The notes under the pieces: generated by a model
Told to the model about the DNA's origin: nothing
What the model saw: only the letters and a program-made list of their open reading frames with translations
Databases searched by the model: none
Assembly (NCBI RefSeq): GCF_006345805.1
Contig: NC_043000.1
Span: 54,064,001 to 54,128,000, forward strand
DNA from: Octopus sinensis
Taxonomy: Eukaryota
DNA length: 64,000 nt
Direction of reading: 5' to 3'
Shown: positions 1 to 11,819 of the stretch, in pieces
Numbering within the stretch: position 1 is the stretch's first letter
How the letters are laid out: each line of letters starts with the position of its first letter
Position numbers and translations under genes: made by a program

Positions 1-2080
1 CATATGTGCAATTCACATGCATACATTTATCTTTCTATTTCTCTCTAATTATCAGGCAACTTTTTTCCATATTGTGTTCTCACCTCCTACAATATGCACT
101 TAACTGTAGTAGATGATTAAGTCTGGAAATCCATAATACCAATGAACTGAAGTTTCTGTTTCGTCGGTGGATACTCGCCATGTAGGGCTAATTACTTTCA
201 TTCATTTTGAAAAAATTGGTGTATATGCATTATGTTGCCCTGCCGGCGAGAAAATAAAACCTATGTTTTAGGCAAACAGAATCAGAATGTCCACTTTAGT
301 TATGTATATTATAAAATTATCTACTATTGAAAATATATAGGCCAATACATACATGAGAATATAAAATATTCATAGAATTACTGCTATATTAACAAGTAAA
401 TGGATGCGTCGTCAGTTTCTACGATGATTTCTCTAGCTGTATGAGCAACAAATACTACATGTACCTTGAAATATCATGTAATTACTGATATATAGTTGAG
501 TACTCACAAAATTCACAATTAATCTTTATTGAGATTCAACATCCAGATCAGGCCTGCCTGTTAGAATTACTGCTACATGTTTGAGTGTGGTTTCTGGCAA
601 TCTCCTTTCATTCACAAGTCTCATAAATATACATATTTGATGAAAATTGATACATGCCCAAGGTGCAGCACAATAATATGGAACCTGTAATGTTAGAATT
701 ACGAGACAGATTTCTTACAAACTGAACAAACATTTAGCAACGGTTAGCCACACGTATACTGATATGAGCACATAATTCTCTCGCAAAATAGCACTAATGT
801 ATAAACTCTAACAACCTAAGTAGTATATCTAAGAGAAATAATGCTTACATGGTGTTTAAACATGCTGTAGGATGAACTTCATTTTAAGATCAAAGAAAAA
901 AAAATTGTGAAGTGTATACATCTGTACACTTCATGAGGAACTATTGAGTTATTAGAAGAAGCTTCAAACTTTAGCATGCTAACTTTTTGCAACAGTGTGG
1001 ATATGAGTATAGCAGTAAGTTTGGTTCTAAACAACATCTGGTGATGTCGAATCGGTAAAACCATCCAGGTTCTATTTATTGCTGAAAGTTATACGACTAT
1101 TCAGTAGATGTACTTCATTGAAGGAGTGGTTGTGTTATGGAGTCGATCCAATGGATCAGTCAGGGTAGATGAGATAATTTCGTTTGCCAAGAGTTATACA
1201 GAGAAAGGATTGATACTCCCGCTTAGAAGGAAAGGCAAGGCAATAAAAAAATATGGAATTAAGCCGGAACTCTAGCAGAAGTACTCGTTACTGAACCTAT
1301 GTCGGATTCTTCTATTGTTACATCACCTGGCTCATCTCCAAGAAGCCGAAATAAATGCCAAAGAAATTACCACGATCCCATTATAATAAGGACCAGGGAA
1401 ATGATGATGACAGAGAATATAGTGAGTTTCCTCGTGAGGCGAAAGACTGAGCAGTACCTACGATCAGCACTACCACCCCATAATTGTATTGCTTTGAGAA
1501 GGGATGGAAACTGAAGCAAGCGACGGTAATAAATGAATGGGGGTGCGAATCATGTGCTCACAAGATAAAAGGTAAGCAAAGTATTTTCTTTGCTGCTTGA
1601 GATGGAGGAGTACCAGATGATTCTCAATGGCAGATGAGATTTTAGTGGCATATCAACAGCCAACAGATTGTGAACCTAAGTTGGAGTGCTTCTTCACTCT
1701 TCGACCATTCGGTTGCTGAAATTAATCAAGCAAATTTTCAGAAAAGACAATTTGCACGGATTGGAAGGAGCAGAATGCAATCAGAGCCATAGGTGGCGCC
1801 TTCTCATCTTTGATTCAGTAGATTGTTTTTATTCGTATCGAGTTTAGGAATCTTTCTTAATGTGTTTTAGAGTATTTCGTTTTTAACAATCCACATACAT
1901 TTCACTGCGTTTTCAATAACAGCTTTTTTAAACTTATACCTCGAGTGTCCAATTGCTGTGTTACTTTACTTTTGTACATTGAAGATGCAGCTGCATGTTT
2001 AGTTACATTTCTAATTAGACCGCAACCAATGATATAGGATGTTGTCAATATGTCCTTCTCTATAATAGAGAGGGTCTATA

Positions 2081-2185
2081 ATTCGGGGTCGATAAAATAA
2101 GTACCTGTTGAACACTGCTACTGGCCGTTGTAATCGACTCATCCCCTCCTCCAAATTTGCAGGCCTTGTGGCAAAATTTGAAACC
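2081..2185 (+). mobile_element. tRNA-derived SINE family B, 3' fragment
   Basis: ttcggggtcgataaaataagtacc...ggccttgtggcaaaatttgaaacc matches the reverse-complement copies at 22.6, 36.2 and 47.2 kb. Confidence 0.55.
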
Positions 2186-2211
2186 ATCATTATTCTTATC
2201 ATTATTGCATT

Positions 2212-2290
2212 AGTAGTAGTGGTGGCGGTAGTGGTGGTGGTAGTAGTAGTATTAGTAGTAGTAGTAGTAGTAGTAGTGGTGGCGGTAGTG

Positions 2291-2336
<46 letters not shown>

Positions 2337-2389
2337 AAGAAGAAGAAGAAGAAGAAGAAGAAGAAGAAGAAGACGAAGAAGAAGAAGAA

Positions 2390-2421
<32 letters not shown>

Positions 2422-2433
2422 AGAAGAAGTAGA
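2212..2433. repeat. compound (GTA/GTG)n-(GAA)n microsatellite
   Basis: Directly visible. Confidence 0.95.
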
Positions 2434-3236
2434 AGTATTATGTTTATCAAGCATTTCTATTGGATATTTTAAACTTGGTTTCCTGTTTGACGTGTTCGTG
2501 CTTTTTTTTTATATTCAAATTTCATATCAATTCTTCTAATATAAGTGTTTACTATTCGAGGTGGGGTTTGAAGCTATTGCTATTAAGAAGCATGATATTC
2601 GCTATCCGATTCTTGTCAGTCTAGACCGACATTTCGCTTTAAGCTATTTGCAACAGAGAGTATCCTTTTTCTGGACAACGCTGTCAAAGACGTTTTCAGG
2701 ATGAAGCCATCCAATGATCAGGAGATTTTCCTGCTGCACTTCAGTAAAGTCTTTGTTCATTAGAAATGAACTCGTACAGTCGTACAATCCTATTCAACTT
2801 CCTTAATAAGAAAATGTTTATCGGGATGTTTCTTTATATTCAGCAATTTTATTTCTGTCAACTCTTTGTAAGCTGTTATAGTGAAGGTTATGGTTCAGTG
2901 AACTTTAGTATTTGTCTTTCTTTAGTGGTAGGAAACCAAAATGAAATTGACTAAGAGAAGTGATTCTATGAGGCTTTCTCTGATTTCGTCGGTATCTTAA
3001 TGTATAACCTCTATATTATATACATTCTTTAAAGCTTCTAATCGCCAGTTTAATGTAATATCTTTCAATACCTCTTTTTGCGAGTTTCTTCCTTCTTTTA
3101 TTTCCACGCATCCTTCATTTGTCCATTATTGTTATTGTGGTGACTCTTCTCAGAAATTATTCTCCTAAAAAATTTCTGTTGTGTTGTTACTAGCGTATCG
3201 AACATCTAGTTAATTTTCAAATACTTCTACATAAAG

Positions 3237-3496
<260 letters not shown>

Positions 3497-4040
3497 GAGT
3501 TAGAGAGCAGTGCATGCCATCGAGGTGACACTGGGGTAAAATATACGAAGCCCAGTATACCCATTATGACTACCCGTACACCAGGCACATGCATCACAGC
3601 CAAATGTGCGCGACATGGTGATCTCATATCAAGATAAACAGCGCATGACCTTGCAGGTGGGGCCTAGTTAGAATTTTCTTCAGGTCGAGCAGACCATCTA
3701 GCTCAAAAGGTTCCTGAATAATGATTGTTTAAGGATGTTGAACGACGCCCCCATGTTTCGAAAGGTGAATTATCCAAACCTTCAATAAATTCCTTCCAGC
3801 ACACGGCTATGATGCTCCCCCACTACTTATGCTCGTGGTCAGTGATGCACATATCATCAGCCACTAAGCGACATGTTCAACTGGTTAAGGTCAAACAACT
3901 GACAAGCAAATCTGTGGTATTGAGCAGAATATTTGCTGTAGCCCATCTTTTATACCAAGACAAAACAATGTACATGATAACACTTCCAATCAATTAAGAT
4001 CAGAAGACATAAGAGCCACTCTCTGGTACTGCATCAGAGC
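3497..4040 (-). mobile_element. (TAA)n-flanked ~544-bp non-coding interspersed element, full copy A
   Basis: Homologous to 8901-9407, 9516-9790, 9791-9857, 39447-39947 and 59673-59780; (ATT)n on both sides; no credible ORF. Confidence 0.8.
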
Positions 4041-4093
4041 AATTATTATCATTATTATCATTATTATTATTATTATCATTATTATTATTATTA

Positions 4094-4167
<74 letters not shown>

Positions 4168-4182
4168 TTATTATCATTATTA

Positions 4183-4244
<62 letters not shown>

Positions 4245-4245
4245 C
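4041..4245. repeat. (ATT)n microsatellite
   Basis: Directly visible. Confidence 0.95.
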
Positions 4246-6070
4246 GAAAACAGCTGTGATATCAGTGACAGCAACAGAGGCAGCAGTAACAGCAGCAGTA
4301 GTAGTTGTCGTAGGAACAACAATGTGAAAACAGTAAGAGCACCAACAACAGCAGTGACAGTGAAGTAGTAGCAGAGATAGCCGTTTCGTTAACAATGCTA
4401 CGGATTTTATTGGAAAAAATAATCCTACAATTGAAGGCGAACTGGAGGAAAATAGAGAGAATGGCAACGGTACAAGTGGCCACAACTCCACCACCATCAC
4501 CATCAGCAACAGCAGCAGTAACAACAACAATAACCGTAACGACAGCAACAACAACAACATCAAAAATAAAATGGCTTGCTGATGAAGAGAGAAATGTTTG
4601 CCATCGCGCTCGATGACAAAACACGTGAAATCTCAAGATCGAAAGATATCATTAAATTTAAGGAGGGTAAGTTTACAGTGCATGTACTTCCCCAAATAAA
4701 AGAGGCAAAATAGGAGAAGATGCGTATCGTGCAAAAGTAGGAGAGGTGAATTAGCTTCCATCAATCATATTGAGAAAGCCCTCAGTGAAATTTTAATAGA
4801 AGTGGCCCATATATATAGAGGGAAGCAGTTTGCGATCATTGAGGTCCTCTTTAAAAATGAAGACCTCGCGCAATGAAATGCAGTGTCACCACGTTGGATT
4901 GAGGAGTGAGTCCTGTAACTCGTTTACTTCCCAAAGAGAACGCCCAGAGTTAGAGTAAATGGCGTGAAACCGGGCGTAAACGTCTGGTGGATTGTAACCT
5001 GTGCAGTACTCAGAGACATGCCTGGAGGTAAAAAGGAGCAGCAGGGAGAATTGCTGTAGGATCAAGTTGGAAATATTAATCCATGTGAAACCAGATAATT
5101 TTGAGATCTTGGACTTGATCCAGCTGCCCAACGAGGTGGAATGTGTGTTATCGTGTAAGACGTGATGCACAAATGTGACATTTGTTTGGCCTCGAGCCAC
5201 CTGTGAGCCTTCCGCCCAAAAAGTTGGGAGGTGCGTAGCCACACTTGCAGTCAACATCGCACCCACAACAGCAGCAACAGCAACAACAACAACAACAACA
5301 GAGACCTTTTAATAAAACGGTAGTTTCATCTCCAACAACAACAGAGGCACATGAACCTCATAGAATGGAGAACCCCACCCAAGCTATCTGCCAAACCAGC
5401 CACTCCTCACCCTGTCTTTCAAGCAGACACTCTCACAAACACACTCACACGGCCACAGATACACTCACACAACTACAGATGCACTCATAATCTCCAAGAA
5501 AGATTTTACACACACTAATCCCTCCCCATCTGGTAGTGAAGATGAGGAAGAACCTAACAAAGCATAAAAATGTAAGGAAAACTGAAAAGAAGACAGGCGA
5601 ACCTATACCAACACCTGAAAACACAGAATCCCTCAGCATATCGAACATAGACCCTGCGAAAACGCCAGCACCACCATCCACACAAACACTACTACTCCAA
5701 CCAAATACACCAATGTACTCACACCCACATGTAGCCCCGAAAAGAAAGCTTACAGTCACCAATACGGAAACACCGAATTACGTGTTCGTGAGGAGAACCA
5801 AAAAATTTTTGTTGCCTCTCATAGTCACAAAGAAGAAGAGTGGGAGAGAGGGTGCAACTTAAGACAGCAGCACCCTTAAGACACTCAAAGCATACAAAGA
5901 AATTGAGAGGGATTTCCAGCGTGACGTGGGAAGGCCAAACGTCCGCGCCATGAAGAGATTTTAGCCGGTTTCCCAGAGGAACCAGATCTGGAACCCAGGT
6001 CAACGGGATGCCAACAGCGCCAGGAGAGTAACACTGCCTTTTTTCTTTCTATTAACTCTTTCGAGCCGTG

Positions 6071-8900
6071 ATGGTGATTGTCAGAGTGTGCTGCATAAGT
6101 GTTCGCGGTCTGAGGCCAGGCTGAAAGCAAGTTCACTTCCTCAATGACCCCAGGTTGCTACGTTTAGATGTGATGGTAGCCAGTGAGATCAGGGTTTCCC
6201 ACAAAAGCAATCTTGCACCCATTTTCGAGGATTATGAAATCTACACATCGCTCAGTCGAGCCGAACTGGGAGGCGGGTAACAGTGCTCTTTAGGAAAGGT
6301 CTGGATCTCGAAATTTAGACGATCTTCCTGGACCCGGAAGGTCCCTTGGTGGTCTTCATGTGAGTGAAGGTGGTGCCTTTAGACTATTCAATGTTTCAGC
6401 GCTCACAAGGTTGGAGAAGCCAAGTTTCTTCAAATTTTTGGTGGTTTTCCTTGGGACGTCACACTCTTTAACGTTAGTGGGTGACTAGACGGCATCTTGG
6501 ATAGGATGGAGCTAGCTGATAGGAGAGGTAGAGAAAAAGCCTCACAAATCTGCTCAGTCGCTTTCAGTTGGCTAACTGGTTAGCGAATTAATCCATCACT
6601 GGACTAATTATTTTATTAGTCAATATATGTGCATGTACACAGATTTTTATCATTGTTGTTGAACATGTTACCAGTTATGATGTATATTTTTGAAATGTCA
6701 TTCTTTCCATTGACAGGTTAGCGATTTAGTCAGGATAGTGATCAAGAGTTGGCGGGAGCAATCACCAACAGCCGTTGGTGGATAGCACTGAAAGGGGCTA
6801 TTAGATTAGAGGCAGTAGGTTTTATTAAGGAAATATCGTTAGAGGAATCTAGCATAGAGGGAGTCCTAGTTAGGAAGCTAGAAGAGGCGCTTAAGAAGGG
6901 CATAGCAACCGACGACCTGGCGGCGAGATTCGCTCTTCAACAATTCTTCAATGACAAGCACGAAGATTGCGTTGTCAGAGCTAGTGCACTGAGACGGGAG
7001 GGGACGAAAGTCGTCATATGGGCCCGCGTAGCAGAGACGCTTCGTTGAAACAATGCAACAATTCGGTCTTTGATGAGCTGTAATGAGTTCATGATAACCG
7101 AGTATAAGCAGATGTGTGCGGAATTTCAGCGGTACTTCGCCGAACTGTATGAGGTGCGTGGTGGTCCAGGGATCGTGGTGAATTTCACCGTAGCATACCA
7201 TGCCTCTCTGCCAGGGAGACGGAGTTCTGCGAAATGCCGATCACAGCCGAGACATATAGGGTGCGATGACAATCTGAGCAAGAGAGAAGTCTCTGGGGCG
7301 CGATGGTCTGCCCATCGAGCTTTATGTTCATATGCCAGACTTCTTCCGTGGTCTCTTGGCAGACATCTACCACAGCTGGTAGCTGAACGGGAGAATTCCC
7401 AGTGCTGTGAGCCACGGAGTAGCTGTCCTGTTGAGGAAGGATCGGAACAAGGAAGACAAAATTGATAATTTTATGCCTCTACTTCTGCTGAATATAGATT
7501 ATAAGATTTTGGTCAAGGTGTTAGCCAAGAGGTTGACACTTGTCATCGTTACTTTCGTTTGTGACGCGCAGACATGCATTATCTTACCTAGAGGGGGTGG
7601 GTAAGGAAACTGGCATAGTTGGAGCCCTGATCAATTTGGATCAGTCGAAAGCTTTTCATAAGGTCAACCACCAATACTTGTATGCTGTTCTCACGACAGC
7701 GGGTTTCTGTCATTTTTTCAGAGGCTTGATCAGTGCAATGTAAATCTGCTCAGTGGTCAAAGTAAATGGCTACCTATTGGAATCATTTAGCTTCGCTTAT
7801 TCTATCTGTCAATGATAACCACTCTCGCCTCTTCTAAACGTAGTGCCCCTCGACCAATGGTTGCGGAAGCTGGATTTTTCGAAGGGCATCCCACGTGATA
7901 TGGGATGTGGAAGGTTCGCGTCCACGTATACGGACGACGTTACCGTAATAGTGTCGGGAAAATCCCAAATCGAAGTGGTCGGCACTACTCTAAGTGAGTA
8001 CGAAGCGGTGACAGGAGCAGAAATCAACTAGTGGAAGTCGGTGGGCTTCCAGCTCGGCACTTGGAGATGCAGGTCCATGCCAACCAACATATTTGTAGGG
8101 CACTGGACGGTAGGGCCTGTTAAATTGTTCGGGTGTGGTTTGGTCAAGACCTATAGGTGGACATGAATTTGGAGTAGGTGACGAGCAGGGTAGCAAATCT
8201 CACCCAGAAATGGGCACAGAGGAAGCTGTACCTGAAGGGACAGGCGGAGGTAGCGAATACGTACACCTTTTCCGTCCTCTACTACCACCTGAATGTCACC
8301 CTTTGCCTCATTTCGTGCCTCATAAAATAGGAGCGCTTTCTCTTCCCCTTTCTCGTCAGACGGTCCATCTGCTGTCAACAGCCGCTGAGTGGAGGACTGG
8401 ACATGCCGTGGCTATTGATGTGCAGACATGCACTGAGGCTGCGACATCTCCAGCGTTTCTTTAACGAGGAGCAAGTGTGGTTAGTCAAACAGGACTTTCC
8501 GCAGCTCGTCTCATTGATGGAGCTACAGTCCTGTGTGAAGCGTAGACCAATAAGGGGTGCTTGTAGCCTGGAGTGTCGGCAAGCGTTCACGGCGACGTAG
8601 TCGTTGGAAATTCTACTATGGAGTTCTATAGAGTAATAGGGGAGGGAAAGCGTGACGAGGTACTCGGGGAAATTCTGGCATCGAGAAGGATCAACTTATT
8701 GCTTTTTTTCGGTGGACTTTTGGATCATGCCCTACAGATAACTTTCAGAAATCCTTGGCCTGGCAGTGCTACCGGGGAGCTCTGCCGTTTCGAGACCAGC
8801 TGTGGAGACACGAAAGCGGTCAAATGGATTTGTCCGAGGTGTGCGCAGAGCGATGAAATCGTCCTGCATGCACTCGTCCAGTGTCTGTGTATTACTCACC
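6071..8900 (+). pseudogene. L1/Tx1 ORF2 (APE endonuclease-reverse transcriptase), disrupted
   Basis: MVIVRVCCISVRGL...LDVMVASEIR (APE N-terminus), LVGD*, LLNIDYKILVKVLAKRL, ALINLDQSKAFHKVNHQYL, TYTDDVTVIVS, GAEIN, CPRCAQSDEIVLHALVQC. Confidence 0.85.
6587..6715 (+). other. 129-bp AT-rich insertion in the LINE, flanked by 9-bp direct repeat GGTTAGCGA
   Basis: Repeat copies at 6578-6586 and 6716-6724; 6619-6716 aligns at roughly 90% (by eye) with 11057-11155. Confidence 0.85.
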
Positions 8901-9407
8901 TATACGAAGCCCAATATACCCATCATGACTACCCGTCTGATAAGGGTACACCAGGCACATGCATCACAACCATATGTGCGCGACATGGTGATCTCATATC
9001 AAGATAAACAGCACATGACCTTACAGGTGGGGCTCAGTTAGAATTTTCTTCTGGTCGAGTAACCCATCCTGCTCAAAAGGTCCTGAATAGGATTGTTTAA
9101 GGATGTTGAAGGAAACACCCATGTTTCCGGAGGTGAATTATCCAAACTCCAAAGAATCCCTCTTAACACATGGCTATGATGCTCCCCCACTACTTCTGCT
9201 CGTGATCAGAGATGCACATTTCGTCAGCCACTAAGGGACATGCTCAACTGGTTGAGGTCAAATAATTGACAAGCAAATCTGTGGTATTGAGGAGAATATT
9301 TGCTGTAGCCCATCTTTTATACCAAGACAAAACAATGTACATGATAACACTTCCCGTCAGTTATGATCAGAAGCCATGAGAGCCGCTGCCTGGTACTGCA
9401 TCAGGGC
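8901..9407 (-). mobile_element. TAA-flanked element copy B (about 50 bp of 3' end lost at the L1/Tx1 junction)
   Basis: Colinear with 3540-4040; followed by (ATT)n. Confidence 0.8.
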
Positions 9408-9515
9408 ATTTATTATTATTATTATTATTATTATTATAATTATTATTATTATTATTATTATTATCATTATTATTATTGTTGTTCTTTTCTTTTTATTATT
9501 ATTTTTATCATAAAT

Positions 9516-9790
9516 GCTCTTATGCTGTACGAGACAGTAGCTCTCATGGATTCCAATATTAACTCTTATCACGTACATTGTTTTGTCTTGGTATAAAAGA
9601 TGGGCTACAACAAATATTCCGCTTAATACAACAGATTTGCTTCTCAGTTGTTTGACCTTAAGCAGCTGAACATGTCCCTTAGTGGCTGACGATATATGCA
9701 TTTCTGATCACGCGCAGAAGTAGTGAGGGAGCATCATAGCCATGTGTTGAAAAGAATTGTTTGGGATTTTGATATTTCACCTCTGGTAAA
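9516..9790 (+). mobile_element. TAA-flanked element copy C, 5' half, inverted relative to B
   Basis: Reverse complement of about 9130-9407, more diverged. Confidence 0.7.
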
Positions 9791-9857
9791 AGTGATACAC
9801 TTCCAATCAGTTAAGATCGGAGGTCATGAGAGCCACTGCTTGGTATTGCATCAGGAC
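9791..9857 (-). mobile_element. TAA-flanked element copy D, 5'-terminal fragment
   Basis: acacttccaatcagttaagatcgg...gcatcaggac followed by (ATT)n. Confidence 0.7.
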
Positions 9858-9858
9858 A

Positions 9859-9915
<57 letters not shown>

Positions 9916-9917
9916 CA

Positions 9918-9952
<35 letters not shown>

Positions 9953-9977
9953 TATTATTATTATTATTATTATTATG

Positions 9978-10013
<36 letters not shown>
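9858..10013. repeat. (ATT)n microsatellite
   Basis: Directly visible. Confidence 0.95.
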
Positions 10014-10016
<3 letters not shown>

Positions 10017-10251
10017 TAGTTTTATTTTTATAGCGTGCTTTCACTTCACTACCGAGCGCAGCTCTGTGTGCCTTGGGTATGTGCTGTGATTTGTTGTGAT
10101 GCTCTGATGGTTATTGTATGGAAAGTGTTCTGCGTAGGATGTGTACAGTGTCTAGTAGTACAATTTTCTGTATGCTATATGTGTTTGTAAGTCCTGGTGT
10201 TTTTGTTATGTATTTGTCTGAATATTTTTTTATCATGCCTAATGCACCTAC

Positions 10252-10254
<3 letters not shown>
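10014..10254 (-). mobile_element. R4/Dong-clade LINE, extreme 3' end (end of RLE domain + 3' UTR)
   Basis: IVGALGMIKK...IQKIVLLDTVHILRRTLSIQ*, matching the end of the 58-kb copy (QKIVLLGSAHIL); TAA repeats on both sides. Confidence 0.8.
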
Positions 10255-10284
<30 letters not shown>

Positions 10285-10286
10285 TA

Positions 10287-10328
<42 letters not shown>

Positions 10329-11559
10329 GGAGCAACTCCCTTTGGGGGATATATTGTCGGAGAACAAATTCACTAAGGAGACTTTGTGGATCAACTCTGC
10401 GCACTCGAAAAATGCCCGAAATGTCGTTAGTGGTTTGTTGGACACCAATGTTTCGGAGTAATTTTACTTCGTCAGTGGCAGACAACGTATGGGTCATTCG
10501 CAAGTTGTTAGGAACTTCTCTTCCTATATCGGAACTAGCTAATGCGGATGAGAACAAAAAACCTACAATGCTAATAGCAATTTTTTGTCCGCACTTTAAT
10601 CAGCAGGAGTTAAAGTAACGCAGTATACATCATTTCTAAGTCATTCATCTCCACATAAAAGTGATCTGTGCAGTTTCAAATGAATTTACTGATTTAGTAT
10701 CGGCGCGTATAATTTTAACTTGTCCTTTCACCCTCACCCTCTATTTTTAATATGACGACATATACAAGCCCATATGACTTCTCACTACCAAATAAAGGAG
10801 TTCGTTGAAACTGTGTGACAGAGCTGTCAGTGGCTCTCCCTATAATTCAGAAACGAAATACCTCGGATGTCTATACAAAGTACTAGTATATTATAATCTT
10901 CCTATCCTACGCTTTTATGATGGATCGAGGCAGGTTGGCTCTTATTTTCTGGACATCATGTTGTCAATATTTTGTCCCTTCAATTAGTGTATATTTCAAG
11001 AATTGTTGGTCCTTAAAAATAATGAAGTTTTGTTATTGTAAGCTATGTTTTTTTACGTCAATATATATGCATGTACACAGTCTTTTTTATCATTGTTGTT
11101 GAACATGTTACCAGTTATGATATATATTTTTTAAATGTCATTCTTTCCTTTGCAGTTCATTTCATCTTCTGCATTGTGCCCCTGGAAATATTTTCGACAT
11201 TATTTATATTTGTTGCTATTTTCCTTTGCTCGATGTTATTTATTCAAAAGGCTATAACGGAAACTTCGTACCATCATTTTCTTTACATCCATAGGGTAGA
11301 TTATAAATGGCAATGTATTACGAAATGGCCATGTTGTCTAATGTAATTATAAGCTAAACTTACGGAAGCATATTAAATATCTCTGTATGAAATAAAATCT
11401 AAAATGAAAAAATGTTACTTCGTTGATTTTCTCTTGTGAAACATCGAATAGTAATCGCAACAAAATTTTAGCCTATCTGAACAATTTCAGCAATAAACAC
11501 TACTAGTAATAATAATTTTACAACAGATTTACGGACTGAAATTTTACGGGAACAATATA

Positions 11560-11724
11560 GCCGATTTCGCCAACTTTAGTATTCAACTGGTACATATTTT
11601 AAGAAACCTGCAGGATGACAGACAAAGTCAACTTTGACGGCATCTGAACTCAGAACGTAAATCAGAAGAAATGCTGTGTTGCATTATGTTCGGCACGGTA
11701 ATGATTCTACCAATTCACTGCCTG
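11560..11724 (-). mobile_element. tRNA-derived SINE family B, degenerate
   Basis: Reverse complement ggcagtgaattggtagaatc...acgttctgagttcagatgcc...gactttg resembles the other family B heads. Confidence 0.55.
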
Positions 11725-11725
11725 C

Positions 11726-11749
11726 ATAATAATAATGATAATAATGATG

Positions 11750-11812
<63 letters not shown>
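11726..11812. repeat. (TAA)n microsatellite directly 5' of a Dong fragment
   Basis: Directly visible. Confidence 0.95.
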
Positions 11813-11816
<4 letters not shown>

Positions 11817-11819
11817 TAA

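Larger units (their letters stand above)
4250..8900 (+). mobile_element. decayed near-full-length L1/Tx1-clade non-LTR retrotransposon
   Basis: ORF1 remnant with degenerate gag-type knuckle CDICLASSHL*AFR (5174-5215); ORF2 with APE, RT and C-terminal CCHC motifs; many stops and frameshifts; 5' boundary uncertain. Confidence 0.85.

Noticed and set aside
2011-2539. Long poly-Ser/Thr/Val/Glu/Leu ORFs (and similar poly-Ile, YI, RE and HT ORFs across the window)
   Set aside because: Stop-free read-through of microsatellites; no domain content
2540-3215. Possible decayed LINE ORF1 or Penelope segment on the minus strand
   Set aside because: Stop-riddled, and no diagnostic motif could be read with confidence
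4041-4250. L1/Tx1 element as an (ATT)n-targeted insertion
   Set aside because: Its 3' end is lost at 8900 and the ATT tract is already explained as the flank of the 544-bp element
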